A stretch of 64,000 bases of DNA from Desulfuromonadaceae bacterium (GCA_019429445.1 JAHYIW010000001.1:85336-149335); one strand, 5' to 3'. Shown: positions 31,627 to 42,850, counted from the first letter of the stretch. Made by a program: numbers and translations. The notes: generated by a model not told the origin, from the letters alone.

Positions 31627-32441
31627 TGGGAAAAGGCCAAAAAATTGAAGTGCTGGCAACGGAAATTAATATCGTTTCGATCAATGAGCAGGATTACATT
31701 TCGCTGACCGATATGCTCAAGGCCAAAGACGGGGATTTTTTCATCTCCGATTGGCTACGCAATCGTAACACCGTTGAGTTTCTTGGTATTTGGGAGTCGG
31801 TCCACAATCCGGGTTTTAATTATGGCGAATTCGCCACAATTAAAAGTCAGGCCGGTCTTAACAGCTACAAAATCAGCGTCAAGGAATGGGTTGCCAAAAC
31901 CAATGCGATTGGTCTGATAGCCAAAGCCGGCCGTTATGGCGGCACATATGCCCACAAAGACTTGGCTTTCGAATTCGGGATGTGGATTAGTCCGGAATTC
32001 AAGATTTACCTGATTAAAGAATTTCAGCGACTCAAAGAAATTGAGCAGGCGCAACTCGGATGGGACATCCGGCGCAATCTGACCAAGATCAACTACCGCA
32101 TTCATACCGACGCCATCCAGACCAACCTGATCCCGCCCGAGCTGGACGTCAAACAGGTGAGCCTGATTTACGCCAGCGAAGCGGACGTCCTCAACATGGC
32201 CCTCTTTGGCATGACCGCCCGGCAGTGGCGTGATGCCAATCCCGACGAAAAGGCGAACATCCGCGATTTTGCCAACGCAGCGCAACTGGTCTGCCTGGCC
32301 AACCTGGAGACTTTGAATGCGTTATTCCTCCACGAGGGGTTGGATCAATCGACACGTATGGCCAAGCTGAATCGCATCGCCATCCAACAAATGAAATTGC
32401 TGACCGAAGAGCGTGGCGTCAAGCGCATGGAGAAAAAATAA
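31626..32441 (+). CDS. KilA-N domain DNA-binding protein
   Basis: 'DYISLTDM', 'WLRNRNTVEFLGIWE', 'GRYGGTYAHKDLAFEFGMWISPEFK'. Confidence 0.9.
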   Translation: MGKGQKIEVLATEINIVSINEQDYISLTDMLKAKDGDFFISDWLRNRNTVEFLGIWESVHNPGFNYGEFATIKSQAGLNSYKISVKEWVAKTNAIGLIAKAGRYGGTYAHKDLAFEFGMWISPEFKIYLIKEFQRLKEIEQAQLGWDIRRNLTKINYRIHTDAIQTNLIPPELDVKQVSLIYASEADVLNMALFGMTARQWRDANPDEKANIRDFANAAQLVCLANLETLNALFLHEGLDQSTRMAKLNRIAIQQMKLLTEERGVKRMEKK

Positions 32442-32444
32442 ACC

Positions 32445-32795
32445 ATGGCCCTGCATCCGGATTTTCCCGATTCCCCGCACGCGATTCTCAATCCCGAGGT
32501 CCGCTGGTTCCCGGCCGACGAGGCGCTACGTGAAACCGGCATGGACAAGCTGATGCCGCCGCTGGTCTCGCAGCTGCGGCGCAAGGTGAAGGAGTTTCGC
32601 GACGGGGGGTACGTCGGTGCGACCGAGACCAGTAAATGCCTGCTCAACTGGTGGTTCAAGGAGCCTCATTTGCAGGAGTGGTTTGATGGCACGATGATCG
32701 AGATCAAGGGGGAGGTGGACGACGAGGGTTTCAAAAAATACGGCCCCAAAAACTTTCGTCAGGTTTTGGAAGGATTCAAGGCATACCAGGAATGA
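32445..32795 (+). pseudogene. Internally deleted type III-like restriction subunit (Res); termini fused in frame
   Basis: 'MALHPDFPDSPHAILNPEVRWFPADEALR...LLNWWF' N-terminus joined to a short C-tail 'VDDEGFKKY...FKAYQE'; all helicase motifs absent. Confidence 0.72.
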
Positions 32796-33859
32796 TACTG
32801 ACCGATTTGCAAAAAAAAGTTGAAGAGGGAGGCATTCTCAGCCGCGCCGAGGCGCTCTGGCTGTTGACCGAAGCTGATCTGCTTCAGGTTGGTAAATTGG
32901 CCGACGCGATCCGCCGCAAGAAACATCCGCATAACCGGGTGACGTTTGTGGTCGATCGCAATGTCAATTACACCAACGTTTGTGAGTCGCAGTGTAAATT
33001 TTGTGCGTTCTATCGCGACGCCGCTGCTGCGGATGCCTATGTGCTGTCATACGAAGAAATTTTTCACAAAATTCAGGAACTGGTTGATCATGGCGGCACC
33101 CAACTGTTGATGCAGGGAGGGCTGCATCCCGAGCTGAAAATCGGTTGGTTCGAGGCGTTGTTTCGCGAGATTCGACAGCGCTTTCCGCAGGTGCAGATTC
33201 ATTCCCTTTCGCCCGCCGAGGTGATTCATGTCGCCCGTCTGTCGGAGCTGTCGATGCCGGAGTGCCTGCGGCGCTTGCAGGTTGCCGGCCTTGCTTCGGT
33301 GCCGGGGGGTGGTGCGGAGGTGTTGGTCGATGCGGTGCGCAAGGAGATTTCACCGAACAAGATTGGCTGGCGCGACTGGGCTGCGGTGATGGAGGAAGCG
33401 CACCGCTTGGGGATGCGTACCACCGCGACGATGATGTTCGGTTCTAAAGAGCAGCCAGAGGATATTGTCGAACATCTCTTCCGGGTGCGCGAGATTCAGG
33501 AAAAGACCGGCGGCTTTACCGCTTTTATTCCGTGGACTTTTCAGCCGGATAATACTGAACTGGGGGGCGAAACGGCGAGCGGGGTGGACTATCTCAAGGT
33601 GCTGGCATTGTCACGGATCGTGCTCGATAATATCGATAATATTCAGGCGAGTTGGGTGACACAAGGGGCGATGATGGCGCAGGTAGCGCTCTTTTTTGGC
33701 GCCAACGACCTGGGGGGGACGATGCTCGAAGAAAACGTCGTTGCCGCCGCCGGGGTGAAGTTTCGCATGACGCAAGACGAGGTCGTCGAACTGGCGCGAG
33801 GAGCGGGGTTTACCCCGGCGAAAAGGAATACTGCTTACGCGATCCTGGAAGAGTATTAA
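32792..33859 (+). CDS. mqnC: Cyclic dehypoxanthinyl futalosine synthase (radical SAM)
   Basis: 'VDRNVNYTNVCESQCKFCAFYR', 'LMQGGLHP', 'NIQASWVTQG', 'MLEENVVAAAG'. Confidence 0.93.
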   Translation: MILTDLQKKVEEGGILSRAEALWLLTEADLLQVGKLADAIRRKKHPHNRVTFVVDRNVNYTNVCESQCKFCAFYRDAAAADAYVLSYEEIFHKIQELVDHGGTQLLMQGGLHPELKIGWFEALFREIRQRFPQVQIHSLSPAEVIHVARLSELSMPECLRRLQVAGLASVPGGGAEVLVDAVRKEISPNKIGWRDWAAVMEEAHRLGMRTTATMMFGSKEQPEDIVEHLFRVREIQEKTGGFTAFIPWTFQPDNTELGGETASGVDYLKVLALSRIVLDNIDNIQASWVTQGAMMAQVALFFGANDLGGTMLEENVVAAAGVKFRMTQDEVVELARGAGFTPAKRNTAYAILEEY

Positions 33860-33945
33860 CTTTCATTTTACTCTGTGCTCGCCGGTTCGCCGGAGACCAC
33901 AGGGATGAGGCTCGCTTCGTGTCCTTCGCGGTGAAAAATGACGCT

Positions 33946-36012
33946 TTACCCACCGAAACGCTTCAGCACCTCCGCCGGGGCAGGCGCGAAATGAGAAAAC
34001 TCCATGGTGAATGTGCCTCGACCTTGAGTGGCGCTGCGCAGTTCGGTCATGAAACCGAACATCTCCGCCAGCGGTGCCTGGGCACGGATGATTTCACTGC
34101 CGCTGTGCGCAGACATCCCTTCAACCAGTCCCCGCTTACGTTGAATCGTGCCAAGAACCTTTCCCGCGTGATCGCCTGGAATCGTTAATTCAAGCTCCAT
34201 CAGTGGTTCGAGTAACGTTGGTTTGCCGATCTCTGCGGCGTGGCGTATCACTCGCTGGGCAGCCGCCCGTAAACCAAAGGCGTTGAACTCCCCCGATCGG
34301 TAAGGACATGCAACAACGGTGATTTCAAGATCGGTGACCGGGTAACCGAAACGAACCCCTCCCTGAAGCGCCTGTTTGAGTGTGCTCGCCAGCACTTCGC
34401 GTAAATTCTCAGGCAACGCTTCAGCGTCTGACGCGGTCGGCAGGACGATCTGCAACCCGCTACCGTTGGCGGTTGGCGTCAAGCGTAATGCAAGCTCCAC
34501 CCGTTGCAGTTTCCCTTCAATCTCCTGTTCAACAGATTCCTGCCGCTCGACGGCAACGGTTAAAGCTTCACGATAGATCACCCGGGGGTTTCCGGTGCGC
34601 ACGGCGACACCGAATTCGTGTTCCAGCCGATGGACAATGATTTCCAGGTGCAACTCCCCCATCCCGGTCAAGACTGTTTGCCCGGTCTCTTCATCCTCAA
34701 TCGCCCGGAACGTAGGGTCTTCCCACTGAAGCTTGTCCAGCGCCAGGGGGAGCTTCTCGCGATCCTCGATGCGCATTGCCTCCACCGCAACCGACACCAT
34801 CGGTTCGGGGGCGGTCAGGCCAGGGAGGAGGAGAGGGGTTTCAATGGTGCTGAGGGTGTCTCCGGTCAGCACATGTTTCAACCCGGCCACCGCGACGACG
34901 TCACCGGCAATGGCGTCGTCAAGGCGTTCTCGCTTGTGAGCATGCATGCGAAAGAGCCGGGCAGCTTTTTCGTTGCTGGTGCGATTGACATTGTAGACAC
35001 TGTCGCCGGCGCGGAGGGTGCCGGAATAGATGCGCAGATAGGTCAGTTTGCGCCCTTCATCTGCCTGCACTTTGAACGCCAGACCGCAGAACGGCGCTTG
35101 CGGGTCGGCTTCAAGCACCGTCTTTATGGTGCCGTCGGGAGATTGAGCGGTGATCGCCGGGAGATCGGTCGGTGCGGGAAGGTAATCGATGACGGCATCA
35201 AGGAGCGGCTGGATGCCTTTGTTGCGCAGCGCGGAACCGAGTAAGGTCGGAAATATGCGGCAGGCGAGGGTCCCGCGACGCAGTGCTGCTTTCAGTTGAT
35301 CAGCTGCAATCTCTTCGCCAGCGAGGTAGCTGCAGAGCAGCTGGTCGTCAAAATCCGCTGCTATTTCAACCAGCTGGTCACGGGCAACATCGACGGCGGC
35401 GACCAGCTCCGCAGGAACATTGGTGGCGGTGACCGTCGCCCCCAGATCGTCCGCAAAGAACCGGACGAGACGCTTTTCAATCACGTCAATGACCCCGGAG
35501 AACGCGTTTTCTTCACCGTAGGGGAGTTGCAGCAGCGCCGGACGCGCCGCGAGTTGATCTTCTATTTCCGCTAATGTGTGGCAATGATCCGCACCGAGAC
35601 GATCCATCTTGTTGATCAGGCAAATGCGCGGAACCTGATACCGATCCGCTTGGCGCCAGACCGATTCGCTTTGTGGCTGCACCCCCTCGACGGCGCTGAA
35701 GATCATCACCGCACCGTCGAGCACCCGCAGTGAACGCTCGACCTCGATGGTGAAATCAATATGTCCCGGTGTGTCGATGATATTGATCGTCACATCACGC
35801 CAGTGGCAGGCGGTTGCGGTCGCAGTGATGGTGATCCCCCGCTCCTGCTCCTGTTCCATCCAGTCCATCGTCGCCGCGCCGTCGTGGACTTCACCGAGCT
35901 GATGAATTTCTCCGCTATAGAAGAGACAGCGCTCCGAGACGGTGGTTTTACCGGCGTCGATGTGGGAAATAATCCCGATGTTGCGGATTTTATTGCGGGG
36001 CGGATGATTCAT
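33946..36012 (-). CDS. fusA: Elongation factor G paralog (EF-G2 type, outside the str operon)
   Basis: '[16 protein letters not shown]', 'ERGITI', 'DTPGH', 'NKMD', 'GMGELHLE', 'LRSATQGRG'. Confidence 0.9.
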   Translation of the reverse strand: MNHPPRNKIRNIGIISHIDAGKTTVSERCLFYSGEIHQLGEVHDGAATMDWMEQEQERGITITATATACHWRDVTINIIDTPGHIDFTIEVERSLRVLDGAVMIFSAVEGVQPQSESVWRQADRYQVPRICLINKMDRLGADHCHTLAEIEDQLAARPALLQLPYGEENAFSGVIDVIEKRLVRFFADDLGATVTATNVPAELVAAVDVARDQLVEIAADFDDQLLCSYLAGEEIAADQLKAALRRGTLACRIFPTLLGSALRNKGIQPLLDAVIDYLPAPTDLPAITAQSPDGTIKTVLEADPQAPFCGLAFKVQADEGRKLTYLRIYSGTLRAGDSVYNVNRTSNEKAARLFRMHAHKRERLDDAIAGDVVAVAGLKHVLTGDTLSTIETPLLLPGLTAPEPMVSVAVEAMRIEDREKLPLALDKLQWEDPTFRAIEDEETGQTVLTGMGELHLEIIVHRLEHEFGVAVRTGNPRVIYREALTVAVERQESVEQEIEGKLQRVELALRLTPTANGSGLQIVLPTASDAEALPENLREVLASTLKQALQGGVRFGYPVTDLEITVVACPYRSGEFNAFGLRAAAQRVIRHAAEIGKPTLLEPLMELELTIPGDHAGKVLGTIQRKRGLVEGMSAHSGSEIIRAQAPLAEMFGFMTELRSATQGRGTFTMEFSHFAPAPAEVLKRFGG

Positions 36013-36041
36013 GACATCGTCGCTGTTTGCGCATGGAACTG

Positions 36042-37877
36042 TCAGCCCTGATCGGTGTTCAGCCCTTTGCGGATTTGATAAAGCTCGTTGAGGTCAAGAT
36101 TGTTAAGCTCGAAATACTCACGTTCAAGTTCCTCAACATAGAAGCGATCGAGGCCGCTGTTTTCGAGAAAATCCTCGCGCAGGGCGATGTCTCGCTCGGC
36201 AACGATGCGGGGGAGTAAATTGTGCAGGTAGATCGCTTCCTTCTTGATGTTGACAACAACATCGTTGAAAAGAGAGTAGGGAATGTCCTCGTTGATCAGG
36301 TTCTTGTTGCGCAATTCCTCGGTGATCTCGGCAAGGAGGTCTTCCTGCTCCTTGCGGGTCGTGTAGCGGGAATAGAAGTTACGAATGCGTTCCTTGACAT
36401 GAGTGAGCAACAGTTCGTAGAGATTTTCTTCCGACTCGATCGATTGCAGGTGGGTGATCAGCCCCTGCACGGTGTTGCGGCTGTCGGCTATTTCATCAAG
36501 GCCCTTGAGCAGCGTCTTGAGCTTCTTTTTACCGTATTTACCGATATATTTATTGTCAAAAATGCTGTCGAAAAAAAGTCTGCCGAACAAGGTGTCATCC
36601 AGTTCGTTGAAGGCGGTGCGGTTGCCGAGCAGGCTGCGAATGATCTCCTCGCTGAAGCGGCTGTTCTCCATGAACGCCAGTTTGTTGATATGCGCCGAGG
36701 TGTTGTCGTAGCGGTCGAAATAGGTGATGACGTAGGAAAAATTTTCAAGCAGCGAAATATCGGCCCCGTCGCGGATCATCTCGTCACACGCCTTGCCGGT
36801 TTCGAGCAGGATCTGCTCAAAGGTGTGATCGCGATTTTCACTCGCCTGGCGCTTGGCTTCGAGCAGGCGGAGCATGTCTTCGTGGACAATGCCGGGGCCG
36901 AGCTGGTGTTCGGTGAAGAAAATGCCGGCCAAAATCTCGCGAGTCTCGGAGATATAACCCTGTTCCTCAACCTCAACCATTTTGTCATGCTTGAGCATTG
37001 AGTCGAGCGTATAGAAAAGCGGCGTTGGAATTTTGTGCCGGACTGCGAGGGTTTTCAGACGCGTCAGCCGGGCGTTTTCAAGTTTGCTGATCCGCTCCTT
37101 ACGGCCACACTCAATCAGGATGTTTTTGTATTCATCAACGATCCGCCGATTTTCCTCATGCTTGTACATGACGTCGATGCGAATTCGCTCCTGCTGATAC
37201 TTGTCGATGCCAAGACGGTCGGCAAGTTGCTGCAACTCCGTCATTTTCTCGTCGGGGATGGTTTTGTACTCAAAGTAAAGCTCACGGAAATGATCGTGAT
37301 AAAGCCGGTGGCGGCGGTGCAGCAACTTAACCACATAGAGTGAACTTTTGTGGCCGAGCAGACTGGAGATTTCCTCGATGAGAGGGTAGTCGTCATCGAC
37401 GCCGACATAGGTACTGCGCTTGAGCAGCTTGCCGAGCAGGCGCAAAATATCTTCCTGTTGCTCGCGGGTAGAACCGGAGACCGAGCCGGTAAGAAAGAAA
37501 AAATGGTTATAAACGGCATTTCCTTCAAGGAAGATGCGCTCGTAGCTGAGGGTGCCGTCGGTTTGATCGCTGAAAATGAGTTGGCCGCCCGTCTGGTAGG
37601 TACCGCCATAGAGCACCAGGCGGTTACGAACATCACTTTTAGCCAGATCGGAGAGGGGTTGATCGACACCGAACATATATTCGCAAAAGGTGCCGCCGTT
37701 GCCGTAGTGCGAAATCTCGTTCTCGTCGAGGACCAGTTCGTTGCCGGGAGAAAAAAGACGCAACGAATCGCCCGTTGCTTCGTAAAAATAACCACGGAAG
37801 GCATCCCATGCCGACGCCGTGGCAAAATACTCAATCGTGTCGTTAATCTGGCCGTGCAGTCTGATTTCCTGGCGCAT
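36042..37877 (-). CDS. Conserved Desulfuromonadales hypothetical protein (TIGR04442-like)
   Basis: 'IRLHG...EYFAT', '[16 protein letters not shown]', '[20 protein letters not shown]'; family recalled from memory, not searched. Confidence 0.7.
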   Translation of the reverse strand: MRQEIRLHGQINDTIEYFATASAWDAFRGYFYEATGDSLRLFSPGNELVLDENEISHYGNGGTFCEYMFGVDQPLSDLAKSDVRNRLVLYGGTYQTGGQLIFSDQTDGTLSYERIFLEGNAVYNHFFFLTGSVSGSTREQQEDILRLLGKLLKRSTYVGVDDDYPLIEEISSLLGHKSSLYVVKLLHRRHRLYHDHFRELYFEYKTIPDEKMTELQQLADRLGIDKYQQERIRIDVMYKHEENRRIVDEYKNILIECGRKERISKLENARLTRLKTLAVRHKIPTPLFYTLDSMLKHDKMVEVEEQGYISETREILAGIFFTEHQLGPGIVHEDMLRLLEAKRQASENRDHTFEQILLETGKACDEMIRDGADISLLENFSYVITYFDRYDNTSAHINKLAFMENSRFSEEIIRSLLGNRTAFNELDDTLFGRLFFDSIFDNKYIGKYGKKKLKTLLKGLDEIADSRNTVQGLITHLQSIESEENLYELLLTHVKERIRNFYSRYTTRKEQEDLLAEITEELRNKNLINEDIPYSLFNDVVVNIKKEAIYLHNLLPRIVAERDIALREDFLENSGLDRFYVEELEREYFELNNLDLNELYQIRKGLNTDQG

Positions 37878-37890
37878 CAAGTGGATCCGT

Positions 37891-38682
37891 TCAAATAGCC
37901 GCTGTCAGGGGTAATTCCAGACGTAACCCGTCATAGGCAAACTCAATTCCGGCCGGTAATTCTGCCGTGTGTTTTGCGTGATCAATGTCGTGGGTCAAGT
38001 GAGTCAACAAGGTTCGTCGGGCGCCAATTATTTGTGCCATGTCAATTGCCTGGGTGATGTTGAAGTGGCTGGCATGGGGACGAAAACGCAGCCCGTCGAG
38101 AATCAAAACATCCAGGTTTGCAAGTCGTGTCAGCGTTTCCGCGGGGATTGCGCTACAATCAGCTAAATAAGCAAAGTTTCCGATGCGGTAACCCAGTGAG
38201 GATTCGTGCCCGTGACGCAACGGCAATGGCTCAACCGGAAAACCGCAGATCGTTACCGGTGCATCGATCAGCCGGGGCGCTAGTCGGGGGCGATAGCCCA
38301 TCGCTGCATCATCGCTGAAGATATAGGCAAACGTGCGTCGAATCACCGCGAGGGTTGACGCGGCGGCATAAATGGGCAACGTCCCCCCACCGGCAGGATT
38401 GAAAGCGCGCAAATCATCAATTCCGTGCGTATGGTCAGCGTGGGCGTGGGTATAAAGAACGGCATCAATTTGTGTTATCTGTTCGCGCAAGGCTTGCTGG
38501 CGCAAATCTGTTGCAGTGTCGATCAAAATATTACGCTCGCGCAGTCCAACAAGGACGCTGCAACGCGTACGCCGGTTGCGCTGGTCAGTCGAGGTGCATA
38601 CCGGGCAGGAACAGCCGATCATCGGAACGCCACTGCTGGTTCCCGAACCGAGGATGGTCACGTGGAGAAGATCAGCTATCAT
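37891..38682 (-). CDS. MBL-fold metallohydrolase (PhnP-like)
   Basis: '[20 protein letters not shown]', '[15 protein letters not shown]', 'THLTH'. Confidence 0.92.
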   Translation of the reverse strand: MIADLLHVTILGSGTSSGVPMIGCSCPVCTSTDQRNRRTRCSVLVGLRERNILIDTATDLRQQALREQITQIDAVLYTHAHADHTHGIDDLRAFNPAGGGTLPIYAAASTLAVIRRTFAYIFSDDAAMGYRPRLAPRLIDAPVTICGFPVEPLPLRHGHESSLGYRIGNFAYLADCSAIPAETLTRLANLDVLILDGLRFRPHASHFNITQAIDMAQIIGARRTLLTHLTHDIDHAKHTAELPAGIEFAYDGLRLELPLTAAI

Positions 38683-41051
38683 GTCTTGAAGGCGCCGACC
38701 TCGTCTTCCAGCGTCGCTGTCTGATTGAGCAAGATTTCCACCACGCGGTCCAGATCCTCAGTCCGTGTCGCATTCTTTTCGGCGATGCCACTGACCTTGG
38801 CAATTGCTTCGACCATTTCCCGGCTGCGTTTGGTTTGCTCGCGAGTTGCTTCGTCGATACGCTCAATCATCGAGCGAACGCGTTCCATATTGTTGTTGAT
38901 CTGCCGACTCCCCTTGGCCTGCTCACCGGTACTGAGTTTGACCTGCGAAGCAATTTCCTTCATCGCCTCAGCAGCTTGTGCCAGTTGGCGAGCTCCTTCG
39001 TTTTGCTGGCGAATGGCGGTGGCGATCTGGCCGAGCATCGACGCCACCTGATTGATCGAGCCGGTAATCTGCCGACTGCCGCGCGACTGTTCCTGGGTGG
39101 CACGGACAATGCCGCGTGTCTGCTCGGCGGCTTTCAGTGTACTGGTATAGATTTTTTCCAATGCCTCGCCAGCTGCGTGGGAGCGCTTGACTTCTTCGTG
39201 AACCCTTGCGCTGCCGGTATTCATGGCACTGACTGCTTCCTTGGTACCGCTCTGGAGGTTGCCGATGATTGCTCCGATTTCTCGCGTCGAAACCGCAGTG
39301 CGTTCCGCCAACTCGCGAATTTCAACAGCCACAACGGCGAAACCGCGCCCATGTTCACCCGCCTGGGCAGCGATGATTGCGGCATTCAGGGCCAGCAGGC
39401 TGGTCTGGTCAGCAACATCATCGATAACTGTCAGGATCTTGCCGATGGCTGAAGACTGATTCCCCAGTTCCTGGATTGCATTGCTGGCATGATCCACGGT
39501 TTCACGAATGGCATTGATCCCGCTGATCGTTTCATCGACGGCGATTTTACCCTTCAGGGCATCCTCTGCGGCTTCTTCAGAGAGTTTGTTGGTGTTTTCG
39601 GCGCTCTCCTCAATCTCTTTAATTGAGGCGTCCATCTGCGTCACTGACGAAGCGGTTACTTCGGTCGAGGATGAAAGAATTTCAACATTTTCAGAAACTT
39701 CCTGACTGGCGACGGACATCTCGTTGATTGAGCTTGAGACCTGATCAACGGTGATAAAGAGTCGTTCCATCTGTGACGCGATCTCTTCAATCGTGGCCCC
39801 GAGTTCAAGCGTCGCCGACGAGCTTTCCTCGACGGCGATGACCAGTGAGCCGGTACTTTCGGCGATCCCTGAAGTCGAGGCGTCGATCCCCTGCGTTGCC
39901 CGTGCCGACTCATCAAGCGCGGTCGATTGCTGAATGGCCCCTTCGGTGACACCACGTGACGAAACACGAATTTGTTCGGTTGCGTCGATCAAACCGATGG
40001 ACACATTGCGGGTACGTTCGACCATGTCGCGTAAACGGGTAAGGAACAGGTTGAAACTTTCTGCCAGCTCGCCGATTTCGTCATGGGAGATGATTTTCAG
40101 GGTTCGGGTCAGATCCCCTTCTCCTTCGGCAATCTCCTTGAGATTGTCAACGACCCGTCGCAGCGGGGTGACGATATTGCGACTGATGGCAAAACCAACC
40201 AACGTGGCGACGATTGTGGCGATCAGCAGAATTGCAACGACTGTTGTCGCCAGGCGGCTGTTCGCCTTTTCCACTTCGGTGCGGTCAATTGCCAGCAGCA
40301 CACCGCTATGTGCTCCGCCAAGCGCATTGGCGGTCAGGGTATAGGTATTGTTGTTCAGGGTAACGTTTGTTCCTTTGGCGTCGCGGATATCTTCAGCACC
40401 GAGCGATTTGAGACCGTCCAGGGTCGCCGCAAAAACGCCTTTTTCGTCAAAAATCCCGACTTCCGCTCCACTGAAATCCTTGATCGATGCAGCGAATTTG
40501 CCGTTAAGGTAGTTGACTCCGGCAAGATGGCCGATGATCTGGTCCTGCAGTTTGATCGGGGCGACGGCAACGATGGCCAGATGTCCATCAAAGATTTTGA
40601 TATCGACCCGATCCTTGGTTTCGACCTGCCGCTGCGACGTGCTGCTGGCAGTGTTGGCGTCGAGAGGTTGTTCGCCTTCAGTCGTTGATTCCAATAATAG
40701 CGCTCCGTTTTGGTCGACAACCTCCATGTGATCAAAATTGAAAGTTTTTTGGGAATCCTTGATCGCGTCAGCAAGCTGGAGGGTGTCGCCGCTGAGCACG
40801 GCGTAATAGACTGCATTGACCAGCCCCGAATCACGTGCCAGCAGTTGTACATAGTTCAATCGTACGGTTTGCAGGTAGCCCGTGTTGCTGCGAATAAAAT
40901 CTTCAGTCTGGGCGGTGCGCTGAGTCATCCCCTCTTCAATTTGCTTGCCAGTCATCTGAAAAAGAATGAAGAGTGCAACCACCAGCGGAACCACTGAAAG
41001 TCCGATGAGGGCAAGGAGGATTTTGGTTCTTAACTTTATTAATGTAAACAT
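38679..41051 (-). CDS. Methyl-accepting chemotaxis protein with extended cytoplasmic coiled coil
   Basis: Two TMs, HAMP, '[27 protein letters not shown]'. Confidence 0.95.
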   Translation of the reverse strand: MFTLIKLRTKILLALIGLSVVPLVVALFILFQMTGKQIEEGMTQRTAQTEDFIRSNTGYLQTVRLNYVQLLARDSGLVNAVYYAVLSGDTLQLADAIKDSQKTFNFDHMEVVDQNGALLLESTTEGEQPLDANTASSTSQRQVETKDRVDIKIFDGHLAIVAVAPIKLQDQIIGHLAGVNYLNGKFAASIKDFSGAEVGIFDEKGVFAATLDGLKSLGAEDIRDAKGTNVTLNNNTYTLTANALGGAHSGVLLAIDRTEVEKANSRLATTVVAILLIATIVATLVGFAISRNIVTPLRRVVDNLKEIAEGEGDLTRTLKIISHDEIGELAESFNLFLTRLRDMVERTRNVSIGLIDATEQIRVSSRGVTEGAIQQSTALDESARATQGIDASTSGIAESTGSLVIAVEESSSATLELGATIEEIASQMERLFITVDQVSSSINEMSVASQEVSENVEILSSSTEVTASSVTQMDASIKEIEESAENTNKLSEEAAEDALKGKIAVDETISGINAIRETVDHASNAIQELGNQSSAIGKILTVIDDVADQTSLLALNAAIIAAQAGEHGRGFAVVAVEIRELAERTAVSTREIGAIIGNLQSGTKEAVSAMNTGSARVHEEVKRSHAAGEALEKIYTSTLKAAEQTRGIVRATQEQSRGSRQITGSINQVASMLGQIATAIRQQNEGARQLAQAAEAMKEIASQVKLSTGEQAKGSRQINNNMERVRSMIERIDEATREQTKRSREMVEAIAKVSGIAEKNATRTEDLDRVVEILLNQTATLEDEVGAFKT

Positions 41052-41143
41052 AGCAGTCCCTGTCAAATGTAAGCCAAAGGCTTCAACGCGCGACGTTTAC
41101 CTGGTCTTCGGTCGTCGCTTGTTTTAGGAAATCCTGATACTAG

Positions 41144-41302
41144 TACCCTGTAACCCATAATCTTTCGCATCTTGCTTGTTCTTTGCCGCATCAGCTACGT
41201 TCCGATTGCAGCTGTTTAGCTACGGCTAGACAACAGAAATCGCGCCTTGCTGACACGTCAAAGCCCTGCGCAATCCCTCGAAATCCTCTGGGTTACAGGG
41301 TA
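41144..41302. mobile_element. MITE-like element family B (159 bp) with CTAG target duplication
   Basis: Perfect 14-bp TIR TACCCTGTAACCCA / TGGGTTACAGGGTA flanked by CTAG at 41140-41143 and 41303-41306. Confidence 0.8.
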
Positions 41303-42124
41303 CTAGTGTCGCAAGTTTCGGCTGCCAGGCATTGGCGCCGCACCGGCTTCCACGGGGAAAAATTTTTCAGCAATAATCTGTTGTCCTTCATGGCTTGCAG
41401 CCAGATCAATGAATTCTTTAATCGCCTCTCCCGGTGACGTTTTTGTGACCAGCAAAAGCGGTTTGACCAACGTGTATTTTCCTGTAGCAATGCTCTGCGC
41501 CGAGGGTATGACGTTGTCGACACGCACGACCTTGACCGTTGAAAGATCGACCATGCTGGCGCTGAGAATGCTGATGGCGGTCGGAAATTGAGCAACCAGC
41601 CAGTCGGCGTCATGCACGATCGGAGAGATGACCTCTTGTTCGGTAATCGCTGCCGACAGCAAAACCTTTTCACGGACATTGGCACGCATTCCCGATCCGC
41701 GCGGGCTGGAGATCACCATGATCGGTCGCTCTGCGCCACCCACATCCTGCCAGTTTTGAATTTGTCCAGAGAATATACCCTGTAATTGTTGTCGTGACAA
41801 AGTTTCAATCGGGTTGTCCCGATGAACAATGACGTACAGCGCATCCCAGCCGATCAGGTACTCAACCAGTCCGGCCGATTTTTCTTTTGCAGTGAGAAAG
41901 CGCCCGGCGCCGGAAATGTCAATTGTTCCCTCGATTAATGCCTGGATCCCCGGCCCGGTGTTTCCACCGTTGATGGTGAATTCGATCCCGTTACGATTTT
42001 TGAAGAGCTTGGCAGCTTGGGGCATGAAATGCAGCTGAAGGGTTGTTGCTCCGGCATAGTTTAGCTGCTGGATGAGTGCAAGGGTGTTCGGAACCGGTAG
42101 TGTCAACAAGAAAACGAGCAGCAT
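41303..42124 (-). CDS. PstS-like periplasmic substrate-binding protein (orphan)
   Basis: 'YAGATT', 'GGNTGPGIQAL', 'IGWDALYVIVHRDNPI', 'IFSGQIQNWQDVGG'; start uncertain. Confidence 0.85.
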   Translation of the reverse strand: MLLVFLLTLPVPNTLALIQQLNYAGATTLQLHFMPQAAKLFKNRNGIEFTINGGNTGPGIQALIEGTIDISGAGRFLTAKEKSAGLVEYLIGWDALYVIVHRDNPIETLSRQQLQGIFSGQIQNWQDVGGAERPIMVISSPRGSGMRANVREKVLLSAAITEQEVISPIVHDADWLVAQFPTAISILSASMVDLSTVKVVRVDNVIPSAQSIATGKYTLVKPLLLVTKTSPGEAIKEFIDLAASHEGQQIIAEKFFPVEAGAAPMPGSRNLRH

Positions 42125-42321
42125 GAACAATTTGCGTCCCGATAAAATTACGAAAGATTGACGCACGTTTTCTCTCTCCGTAGATAAAAAACTGATTGAC
42201 AGCAGGAGCAACGAGTAAAACTATCATTTTTCATCGGTGCTGGCAATAGCTTATGCGCTTGAAACAGCGCGCATTTGTGCTATTTTACTGTCTCTGTGAT
42301 CGACAGGGGGAGAAAATCACG

Positions 42322-42351
42322 TTGACAAAAGTCCTCCGGACAGGGTATCAA
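42322..42351 (+). promoter_or_regulatory. Sigma70-like promoter for the Rrf2 gene
   Basis: TTGACA at 42322 and TATCAA at 42346 (18-bp spacer). Confidence 0.45.
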
Positions 42352-42391
42352 TTGATCTATAACTTCAACAGTTAGAATTGGGGATTCGATC

Positions 42392-42811
42392 GTGGTCATA
42401 ACGCGCGCAACAGAATATGCTATTCGGGCTGTTTTGCATCTGGCAAAGCAGCCAAAAGGGGAGATTGTCTACAAGCGGGATATTTGCGAAGAGCAGGGAA
42501 TTACCCCCGCGTTTCTCACGAAAATTCTGCAACCGTTGATTCGTGCCGGAATCGTTGGTTCTCAACGCGGAGTTGGTGGCGGTTTTCTGTTACTTAAAGA
42601 TCCTGCGGAAGTGACCATGTTTGACATTGTCAAGGCTGAAGAAGGCCCCCTTTACCTCAACCATTGTCTTGTCGCGCCGCAGACCTGTACCCGCGATCTT
42701 TTCTGCCCGGTGCATGGGGCGTGGCGAGAAATCCGCGAAGAGATGATGGCGTCGCTGCAGCGCTACACGTTTGCCGAACTGGTTGCACGCGAAAATGTGA
42801 ACAACAAGTAA
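42392..42811 (+). CDS. Rrf2-family transcriptional regulator with three C-terminal Cys
   Basis: 'TEYAIRAV', 'SQRGVGGGFLL', 'CLVAPQTCTRDLFC'. Confidence 0.93.
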   Translation: MVITRATEYAIRAVLHLAKQPKGEIVYKRDICEEQGITPAFLTKILQPLIRAGIVGSQRGVGGGFLLLKDPAEVTMFDIVKAEEGPLYLNHCLVAPQTCTRDLFCPVHGAWREIREEMMASLQRYTFAELVARENVNNK

Positions 42812-42850
42812 CTGTTCTCACGGCTGATTTTTCCAACACAAAAAAATAAC

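Noticed and set aside
28695-32795. Active prophage or integrative element inside the mqn operon
   Set aside because: No integrase, transposase or convincing flanking direct repeats; only weak similarity around the two junctions.
41052-41302. Possible c-di-GMP/cGAMP (GEMM) riboswitch upstream of the MCP genes (also checked 54140-54600)
   Set aside because: No GGCAAAC...GAAA...GACGCAAAGC arrangement was seen; the structure at 41144-41302 is explained by a MITE.
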